A stretch of 64,000 nucleotides of DNA. Origin: a virus. The position numbers were made by a program, and so were the translations under genes. The notes beneath the pieces are model-generated. The model ran no database searches. It was given only the letters and a program-made list of their open reading frames with translations, and had not been told where the DNA came from. The DNA lies in IMG/VR virus record IMGVR_UViG_3300036651_001908, positions 1 through 64,000 of that record; one strand, given 5' to 3'. Below, piece after piece: positions 54,684-61,935 of the stretch. The stretch's first letter is position 1. Every line of letters starts with the position of its first letter.

Positions 54684-54847
54684 TCCCAGTCGGTTGACCG
54701 GATCTGTCGCTTCGCGATACGGCGCTGCCGCTTCGCAGCGGAGTGCTTCGCCCACGCTAGGTACTTGTGCGTGTGCGAGACGTAGCGCCTGCACATCTTG
54801 CAGAAGGCGTCGTGCTCGTCTTGCTTCTCGTCCCTGTGTCCCATCAT
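54680..54847 (-). CDS. Small basic protein (55 aa)
   Basis: Read manually as MMGHRDEK...CKMC...; ATGA-coupled to the ParB-like gene. Confidence 0.5.
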   Translation of the reverse strand: MMGHRDEKQDEHDAFCKMCRRYVSHTHKYLAWAKHSAAKRQRRIAKRQIRSTDWD

Positions 54848-55164
54848 GTGCTAGATACTACACCCTCTAGAACAAGAACTCTAGCCTCGATCGTCTCTTG
54901 GCCAGCGAGCATGGCGCGGGTCACCCGATGGTGGCCGTCCTCCAGGTAGTTCTCTCCGCCCCAGACGATGACATGCGGATGAACGTCGCCCCCCACCGGG
55001 GTGGCCACTGGGCCAATGAGGGGCTGGAAGTAGATCCCATCCTGTGTGGCGGTGAGAGTATCGATCCGCACCGACTCCACTGGGACCTCTAGCCATGTCG
55101 CTGAGGTCTTCCCCGACGTGCCCCAGGGGCAGCCGTTCTCTCTGCTGATCACGCGGCGAAACAC
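54844..55164 (-). CDS. ParB/Srx-like single-domain protein
   Basis: L.ATQ...PHVI.W.G..YLEDGHHRV; GTG start 6 nt after a minus-strand CCGATAGT at 55171-55178. Confidence 0.75.
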   Translation of the reverse strand: MFRRVISRENGCPWGTSGKTSATWLEVPVESVRIDTLTATQDGIYFQPLIGPVATPVGGDVHPHVIVWGGENYLEDGHHRVTRAMLAGQETIEARVLVLEGVVSST

Positions 55165-55216
55165 GTTTCTACTATCGGGATAGAACTGGATTCCGAGTCT
55201 GCCGATAGTACGTGTC

Positions 55217-56320
55217 ATGGCTACCGGTCGTGCAATCGTCCCCCCAGTGCGGGGTGAGGGATTCGTAGAACTCGCGCGCTCGCGCAAGGGCCGCGTCTTC
55301 GAAAAGCAGATCCTCAATTACGGGGACCTGCTCTACCCGGGTGTCAAGGGTGGCAAGGTCCACATCGATGACGAGTGGGCCGACAAACTCATCACGAACT
55401 TCTCCAACGGAGTCTGCGACATCGTCCAGGTTCCGAAGGCTGGCCCGAATAACGAGCACACCGAAGACCCCGATCGCAACATCGGTGAGGTCATTGGGCT
55501 TGTGAAGCGCAACGGAAAGATTTACGCGCACCTCGATGCTCGTGATGCTGAGGCGGCTGAGAAGTTGGGCAAGACCCTTCTCGGGGCGTCAGCGATGCTG
55601 CACCTCGACTACACCGACACCAAGACGGGATCGAAGGTCGGGCCGACTCTTCTCCACGTCGCGGTCACAAACCGCCCGTATATCACGGGTCTTGAGGACT
55701 TCGAGGAAGTCCTCGCTGCTTCTGCCGATGGTAGTGGCGAAGAGGTCGTCATGCTGACGGCTACGGACAATCAGGAAGGAAGCGTCATGACGCTTGAGGA
55801 ACTTCTTGCTGAGTTGAAGTCTGAGCACGGCATCGACGTTGCCGAACTCCAGACCAAGGCTGAGCAGAGCGAGATGGCCGCAGCCCTCTCCAACAAGATC
55901 GAGACCGAACTCGGTACTGCTGGCGTGCTCACGCTGAGCAATGGCGAGAAGGCAACCGCAGACGAACTCATCAACGCCATCGGAGAGGCCGGTCAGAAGA
56001 TCGTCTCCCTCTCCTCGCGGGTGGACGAGTTGGTCGAGAAGGGTGCCAAGGACGCGGCGGCCTCTCGGGTCGAGGGTCTGGTCCGTAGCGGCCACATCCT
56101 CCCGAAGAACAAGGACGCCCAGATCGAACTTCTGCTCTCGAACAGCGACCTGTTCGAGAAGTTGCTTCCCGAGAAGCCTCTCGTGAAGTTGTCCAACAAC
56201 GAGGAGGACGGCGAAGCCGGATTCCACGTCGAGGACGACCAGCAGAAGCAGACCGTCGAGGCCGAAGTTGCTCGTCTGACCCAGGTGGCAGACCAGCAGC
56301 GCGGGTTCGTTCGTTCCTGA
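55217..56320 (+). CDS. Capsid maturation protease / scaffold fusion (Mu gpI-like)
   Basis: NEH...GASA.L...Y.D...GPTLLHVAVTNRPYI; acidic helical C-terminal half; CCGATAGT-N7-ATG. Confidence 0.88.
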   Translation: MATGRAIVPPVRGEGFVELARSRKGRVFEKQILNYGDLLYPGVKGGKVHIDDEWADKLITNFSNGVCDIVQVPKAGPNNEHTEDPDRNIGEVIGLVKRNGKIYAHLDARDAEAAEKLGKTLLGASAMLHLDYTDTKTGSKVGPTLLHVAVTNRPYITGLEDFEEVLAASADGSGEEVVMLTATDNQEGSVMTLEELLAELKSEHGIDVAELQTKAEQSEMAAALSNKIETELGTAGVLTLSNGEKATADELINAIGEAGQKIVSLSSRVDELVEKGAKDAAASRVEGLVRSGHILPKNKDAQIELLLSNSDLFEKLLPEKPLVKLSNNEEDGEAGFHVEDDQQKQTVEAEVARLTQVADQQRGFVRS

Positions 56321-56360
56321 CCTCAACTCAACTCCCCAGATCAGATTTTAGGAGGGCACC

Positions 56361-56795
56361 ATGACGAACTCTCTCGGGTTCTTCACGCAGTACCCCGGTA
56401 ACGCAATTCCGGGTGCAGGCTTCACCAGTGGCAACAACTTCGTTGACGACGAGTTGCTGTTCTCCACGCACAACTACATCCAGAAGGGTGTGACGCTGGA
56501 GCCCGGAAACGGAGTTCTCCCGCTCGGCACCATCCTGGCTCGTCGTACCGACACCAAGCGCTACGTCGCGTACAACTCGGGCGGCTCCAACGGCACCAAC
56601 GTCGCGCTGGGCATCCTGCGCAACACGGTGGACACCGGGACCGACTCGTCTGCCAACGCCCAGATCTGGCAGGCGAACATCCTCTACTCCGGCCTGCTCA
56701 AGTACTCCGCGGTCTCCGCGGCGAACTCGGGCGTCTCGCTGACCTCGGTGCTGAACGCCACGGTCAACACGACCGCGGGGTTCTTCAAGTTCTGA
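56361..56795 (+). CDS. Head decoration protein
   Basis: GVTL..G...GTILA...Y..Y...SNG...ALGIL, lambda gpD-like; sits upstream of the MCP gene. Confidence 0.85.
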   Translation: MTNSLGFFTQYPGNAIPGAGFTSGNNFVDDELLFSTHNYIQKGVTLEPGNGVLPLGTILARRTDTKRYVAYNSGGSNGTNVALGILRNTVDTGTDSSANAQIWQANILYSGLLKYSAVSAANSGVSLTSVLNATVNTTAGFFKF

Positions 56796-56810
56796 TTCTG
56801 ACATCGGGAA

Positions 56811-56937
56811 GTTGACGGTGCGGCAGGGCGCAATCCCTGCCAATCCGTGAGCGGCCCGAAAGCCACTCAATAGACCAGCCAAGTGACTCCTTTCGCGGGA
56901 GGGCGCAGGTCGGACACCACGGTGTCGCTGACATCAA
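56811..56937 (+). ncRNA. Candidate structured cis-regulatory RNA upstream of the MCP gene
   Basis: Closing stem GTTGA/TCAAC enclosing four helices (detailed in findings). Confidence 0.5.
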
Positions 56938-56964
56938 CCCCATCTATCCGAAAGGAAAGTCGAG

Positions 56965-58008
56965 ATGTCCGTCATTTCGCTTCTCCAGCCCGTCGTACTG
57001 ATGGGCGTGATTCAGAAGTTCACGACGCCGGAGAATCTGACGCTGCTGAACTCCGTTCAGAAGACCCCGTGGCCGTTCCCCACGGCCCAGTGGGAGGTCA
57101 TCCGCGGTTCGCGCGCCATCGCGCGGCCCAACGTCCCGAACTCCGAGGCGCACGTCGTGCCCCGGCTCGGTCGCGAGAGCCAGTCGGCTGCCTTCATCTA
57201 CCTCCGGGAGAAGAAGGTCTTCGAGCCGACCACGCTCCACTGGCTGCGCCAGGCTGCGAACAACACGTCCGAACTCGCCAAGGTCAACGCTGAGGCTGCT
57301 GTTCTTCGCGAGATTCAGGACCTCAACACACGGTTCGACAACTTCGCGGAGTTCCTGCTCTGGCAGTCCCTGACGGGCCAGATCACCCTGGACTACCCGG
57401 ACGTGCAGGCGAGCGTGAACTACAAGTTCCTCTCGACGCACAAGCCGAGGGTCGTCGCCTCCTGGGCTTCCGCGACCGCCATCCAGATCATGTCGGACAT
57501 CCGCGCCATCAAGCGCCTCATCCGCCGTGATGGCCGCGTCCAGGCCCAGGTCGCGTACGCGACTGAGCCCACCCTGGCGTACATCTTCAACGCCTTCGCC
57601 AACACCGGCACCCAGCCCGGAACGCTGCTGAGCGACCGCATGAAGGACATGTACTACAGCAACGGCACGCTGCCGGGGTTCATGGGCCTCGACTGGCAGG
57701 TTCAGGAGAACGTGTACGACGCCACCGGCGCCGCCTACACGGCCAACCCGACCAACCCCGGCCAGGAGCAGATGTTCCTCCCGGACAACGCTCTCGTCGT
57801 CGCCAACCTCCAGGACAACCGTCCGTTCGAACTCATCCAGGGCCCGACGGCCGACGATGAGGCCCCGGACGGGTTCACCGGCAAGTACGCGAAGACCTGG
57901 CAGGAGAAGGACCCCTCGGCCCGTCAGTACCTGCTGGAGTGGAACGTGCTCCCGATCATCACGCGCCCCGAGCAGATCGTCTACGTCGCGGATGTCACCG
58001 CTCCGTGA
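56965..58008 (+). CDS. Major capsid protein (HK97 fold, lambda gpE-like)
   Basis: 347 aa after the decoration gene; EFLLWQSLTGQI, W....A....DI, W.EKDPS, LPII.RP. Confidence 0.92.
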   Translation: MSVISLLQPVVLMGVIQKFTTPENLTLLNSVQKTPWPFPTAQWEVIRGSRAIARPNVPNSEAHVVPRLGRESQSAAFIYLREKKVFEPTTLHWLRQAANNTSELAKVNAEAAVLREIQDLNTRFDNFAEFLLWQSLTGQITLDYPDVQASVNYKFLSTHKPRVVASWASATAIQIMSDIRAIKRLIRRDGRVQAQVAYATEPTLAYIFNAFANTGTQPGTLLSDRMKDMYYSNGTLPGFMGLDWQVQENVYDATGAAYTANPTNPGQEQMFLPDNALVVANLQDNRPFELIQGPTADDEAPDGFTGKYAKTWQEKDPSARQYLLEWNVLPIITRPEQIVYVADVTAP

Positions 58009-58023
58009 GCATGATGCTCTAGT

Positions 58024-58054
58024 GAAAGGCCCCGGCTAACCACCGGGGCCTTTC
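58024..58054 (+). terminator. Intrinsic terminator after the MCP gene
   Basis: GAAAGGCCCCGG-loop-CCGGGGCCTTTC. Confidence 0.85.
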
Positions 58055-58098
58055 TCGTGGTACAGCAATTGTTCACTTGTGTGGTGTAGGGTGGTGGC

Positions 58099-58404
58099 AT
58101 GTTCGAAAACGAACACCGCGACCTTCTACTGAAGTGGATGCGGAACATCAGCGCAGAGTTACGCGCTCTGCGGAGGGAGATTCATCACATGTCCGACGAC
58201 CAGACCCACCTCGACGCCGACGTTCAGGCGCTCACCGATGGCCTCACCGCTGTGGAGGCGGAGATTGCGGCGCTGAAGAGCCAGCCGCAGGCTGCCGCGC
58301 TCAACTTCACGGCGCTCGACGCGGCCGTGGCCCGCATCAAGGGTGACGTGCCCGTGGCTCCGGCCCCCGCGCCCGCCCCCGCACCCACCCCGCCCGCCGT
58401 CTGA
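58099..58404 (+). CDS. Coiled-coil protein (alternative start at 58189)
   Basis: RBS GGAGG before MSDDQ; Pro-Ala tail. Confidence 0.7.
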   Translation: MFENEHRDLLLKWMRNISAELRALRREIHHMSDDQTHLDADVQALTDGLTAVEAEIAALKSQPQAAALNFTALDAAVARIKGDVPVAPAPAPAPAPTPPAV

Positions 58405-58549
58405 GTGGTAGGCTGACGCCTGCAACGGGCACTAGCCCGAAGAAGTGAAGGCCCCGAGTGCTCCGGACGGTGCATGAGGGGCCTTCGCGCTGTCTGGTAA
58501 AAGAAGAAATCAACTTCTCTTCTCGGCGTGTCGGGTGCATAGTGTATGC

Positions 58550-58903
58550 ATGCCAGGAATGCGAGCGTACGACCAGCGGTTTCATGACCTACCTGCGTGG
58601 GCCAAGGAAGAACTCAAGGGGGCGCAGGAGGAGATAGATCGCCTACTCGCCACCGTCGCCCGTCTCGTCGGGAAGGAACAGACCACTGTCTCCATCCGGC
58701 GTGAGGATGCGGGTGGGGAGCAGATCAGACAGTTCATCCCCGAGGGCACCGGAGTAGATTTCGATCTACCGAACGGCTCTCGTCTCACCGTGAAGAGGGA
58801 CGTGAACTCTCTACGCGTGACCGAGGGAACCGACACGTCACAGATCGTCGTGGTCCCCCAGACCACCGGTGTGATCAACATCGGAGTGCTCCGACAGAAG
58901 TAA
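58550..58903 (+). CDS. Hypothetical protein
   Basis: LPAWAKEE...VVPQTTGVINI motif; start uncertain. Confidence 0.65.
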   Translation: MPGMRAYDQRFHDLPAWAKEELKGAQEEIDRLLATVARLVGKEQTTVSIRREDAGGEQIRQFIPEGTGVDFDLPNGSRLTVKRDVNSLRVTEGTDTSQIVVVPQTTGVINIGVLRQK

Positions 58904-58987
58904 TTCTCCAGAGTTTACAACAAGAAGACTCTGGTCACCCATACTATATGTGCGGCGAACCGCCGATAGTACCAACAAGGAGGAAAC

Positions 58988-59629
58988 GTGCCCGCACGTA
59001 ATTCAGGCTCAGAGGAGCCGCTGGATCTAGACGATCTTCTCGGCACCGATGAGGACGTGGCTGCGGCTGTCGTCTCGGAGCACCCGGAGATGGTCCCTGC
59101 CGAGTCGGCTGAAGAGCGTCGCATCCGCGAACTCCAGGCTGAACTCGCCAAGCCCGCCCCGAAGAAGAACGCTCGGCCCACTCCCGAGAGCCAGTTGACG
59201 CCGGACCAGAAGAAGATCCGCGACCTCGAAGACCAACTCGCTCGCCGTCGTAGCCAGGAGGCGGACGACGCTGACACCGAGTGGGAGGAAGCCTCAGGTG
59301 AGGGAGAGCGAATTCTTCTTCATGTCTGCGAGGACGGCCTGATCGCCATGGGTGTCGTCTGGTACCGCGGCCAGGAGATTGAGTTCGTCGTCGGCTCCGA
59401 GGCCTACGAGCAGACCAAGGACCGCAACGGCGTCTCCTGGCTGGACATGCTGGACGACATCGACGCGCAGTTCGAGCGCTGGGGCGCCCAGTACATCAAG
59501 CGTGGTCCGTGGCGTGGCAAGAAGTGGGGAGACACCTCTGTGCTCTCCGACCCCGAGGAGATTGCAGCGGCCAAGACCGCTGCCGAAGCCGAGCGTCGGC
59601 GCAACCGCGCTGCACCCGTCATCCGCTAG
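58988..59629 (+). CDS. Hypothetical late protein
   Basis: CCGATAGT at 58963 and RBS AGGAGG. Confidence 0.8.
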   Translation: MPARNSGSEEPLDLDDLLGTDEDVAAAVVSEHPEMVPAESAEERRIRELQAELAKPAPKKNARPTPESQLTPDQKKIRDLEDQLARRRSQEADDADTEWEEASGEGERILLHVCEDGLIAMGVVWYRGQEIEFVVGSEAYEQTKDRNGVSWLDMLDDIDAQFERWGAQYIKRGPWRGKKWGDTSVLSDPEEIAAAKTAAEAERRRNRAAPVIR

Positions 59630-59640
59630 TGAGGTAACCG

Positions 59641-60363
59641 ATGCCCTACCCGACTTTCACCGCCCAAGATGTCGCTGACTTCTCGGGTAGGGACATCTCC
59701 TCCTACCCAGTTCCCTTCTCTACGATGGCGCTGCACCAGGCAGCCCTCCTCTTCAAGATTGCCACGGGCATCTCGGACGACCTCTACCCGACGGATCCGG
59801 ACGCGGCCCAGATCGCCAGGTACGGCATCATCGCTCTAGCGGACGAACTCATTCTTCAGCAGCCGTTCCAGCAGATCGTTGCCTCTCCGATCAACTCCGA
59901 GAGCATCGGCTCGTACCACTACATGAAGTCGTACAGCCGCTCGGTGTCCACGGCATCGTTGAAGTTGCAGGGCAACACTTTCGCCAAGATGACGCGCTCG
60001 GCCATCATGGGCTCCGTCACGGGCTGCATGTGGTTCGACATCGCGGTGGACACCCTCGGACTCAAGAACTCGGCGCGTGGACAGTTCCTCAATGGGGGCA
60101 TCGAAATCATGGAGCATGATGCTCCGCTGGTGACGGCCCAGGGCCTCAACCGTCGGATGCTTTCGCCTTCCGACCTGAACCTCTTCGACTTCTCCATGGG
60201 CGGCCTGGGCGGGATCGGCTGGGACCCGGCTCAGGGCTATGGGAACGTTCCGATCTACATCGCAGGCCAGCCGCAGCCGTCCGCTCCCCCGCAGGCCTCC
60301 ATCATCAGTGGGTCAGCGGAAGGTATCGAGTACCCGAACGACCAGCAGGGCTTCTTCGAGTAG
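59641..60363 (+). CDS. Putative head-to-tail adaptor
   Basis: T..DVA.FSGR...SESIGSYHY.K motif; position after MCP. Confidence 0.7.
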   Translation: MPYPTFTAQDVADFSGRDISSYPVPFSTMALHQAALLFKIATGISDDLYPTDPDAAQIARYGIIALADELILQQPFQQIVASPINSESIGSYHYMKSYSRSVSTASLKLQGNTFAKMTRSAIMGSVTGCMWFDIAVDTLGLKNSARGQFLNGGIEIMEHDAPLVTAQGLNRRMLSPSDLNLFDFSMGGLGGIGWDPAQGYGNVPIYIAGQPQPSAPPQASIISGSAEGIEYPNDQQGFFE

Positions 60364-60429
60364 GTCATTTCTCTCCTGCCGATTGTAGAGAGGGAGCCCT
60401 CAGGGCTGGACCCAATCGGAAGGTAACTC

Positions 60430-60663
60430 ATGGCACTCGATAGGCGCAGGGTCACAATGACCAATGCCGTCGCCACCGCAAACGGGGTGGAGATTCACCA
60501 GGCTGAGGACTTCGTAGACATCGAGCACATCGATGAGTACGTGGCCGACGCGAAGACTCGCTGGCAGGCCGTCACGGTCGGAGACGAGCCGGACGATGGC
60601 CCCGCTGGGGCCGACGGCACGTATGACGTGGTTGCTGCCACCAATCCCCCGCAGGAGGGCTGA
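60430..60663 (+). CDS. Small acidic virion-region protein
   Basis: CCGATTGT upstream at 60379. Confidence 0.7.
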   Translation: MALDRRRVTMTNAVATANGVEIHQAEDFVDIEHIDEYVADAKTRWQAVTVGDEPDDGPAGADGTYDVVAATNPPQEG

Positions 60664-60666
60664 TCC

Positions 60667-61032
60667 ATGGTACGCAACAACACGATGCTGAACACCCTCG
60701 CGAACGCCTACAAGGGCGCGGCGGTGTACGGCGCTCTCTTCACCGGCGCCGGTCCGGCCTCCGGTGCGTCGAACACTGCTTCCAACGAGTGCACGGGTGG
60801 TTCTCCCGCCTATGCACGGAAGGTGCTCGCCTGGGGCTCCCCGGCTGCCGGTGTCGTCTCCTCGACTGCGGTCACCTTCGACATCGCTTCGGGCACGACG
60901 GTGACGTACTTCGGTGTGACCACCTCCGGTACTGCGGCCACCGCGGACGTGCAGGACTCGGTCTCGATCACCTCGCAGAACTTCGCGTCGCAGGGGACCT
61001 ACCAGATCACCCCGACCTACACCCAGACCTGA
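60667..61032 (+). CDS. Minor tail / tail-associated protein
   Basis: ALFT..P....NE.TGG.PAYARK..W motif; terminator at 61052-61084. Confidence 0.75.
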   Translation: MVRNNTMLNTLANAYKGAAVYGALFTGAGPASGASNTASNECTGGSPAYARKVLAWGSPAAGVVSSTAVTFDIASGTTVTYFGVTTSGTAATADVQDSVSITSQNFASQGTYQITPTYTQT

Positions 61033-61123
61033 TCCGGGGGAACGCTGACTGGGGGCCGACTGCCACGAGCGGTCGGCCCCTTTTCGGTCCTAGGCAGAAC
61101 AAGATTTAGGAAGGACCAGGCCC

Positions 61124-61923
61124 ATGGCCGATTCCTCGGTAGCGATCACAGCCGGTACAGGCACGCCCATCCGTGTACTGACTGCCTTGGGCACCGCGAG
61201 TGCCGACCAGCAGGTCATCACCATCGCGGACTCTTCCGGCAACCTTCTTGGTACGCAGGCCGCTCCTATTCCGGTTTCGATTGCGCAGAGCGGGGGCCAG
61301 ACCACTACCTCGGGCACCATCTCCGCGTCTGCGACGAACACTCCAGGCACGGCAGTCACCGCCTCCACCACGGCACAGATCGTACGGCAGCCCTGCCCGG
61401 GGTGGCCTACTTCCGTGTCCGCTGCTCGGCTTTCACGTCGGGCACCATCGCGGTCCTCATGGCCCCCGGTCCCACGTTGGTGGAACCGAACCCGTCGCTT
61501 GCAGCGTCCAGCGCTGTCATCGGCACCGTCGTGGATTCGCCCATCCTGACCGCGGTGGCCACGATGACCACTGTGGTGAACTCTGCACCGGGTGCTACGG
61601 GCACGATTGGCCACGCCGCAGCGACCATCACGGCTGCGGTCACCACTGCCGCTGCCTTCCTCAGCGCTCCGGGCGCGGGGCTCTCGATCTACATCACCGA
61701 CATCAATGCCACGAACTCCGGGGCATCGGCCACGCTTGTGTCTCTATTCGCGGGCGCTGCAACGGTGCCTCTCGCTGCGAAGTACCTCCCTGTGACAAGC
61801 AGTGCGCCGCCCACCTCGTACCACACTCCGATCCGTGTCGGGACCGCGACGGCTCTGAACTACACCAACTCGGTGGCATCCACTTCGGTCTTCGTGCAGG
61901 TCACGTACTACGTCGCCCCGTAG
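61124..61923 (+). pseudogene. Tail-associated gene split by a frameshift near 61385
   Basis: The 61124 frame reads as a virion protein up to ...TTAQIV. The -1 frame continues TAALPGVAYFRVRCSAFTSGT... to the stop at 61923. Confidence 0.6.
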
Positions 61924-61935
61924 GAGGTGTAAGCC

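Noticed and set aside
54850-54885. preQ1-I riboswitch-like text (CTACACCCTCTAGAACAAGAACT)
   Set aside because: It lacks the 5' AGAGG strand of P1 and lies antisense within a coding region.
56868-56890. TAGACCAGCC resemblance to HEARO/omegaRNA
   Set aside because: Only about 10 nt match, and there is no IscB/TnpB/HNH ORF or IS end.
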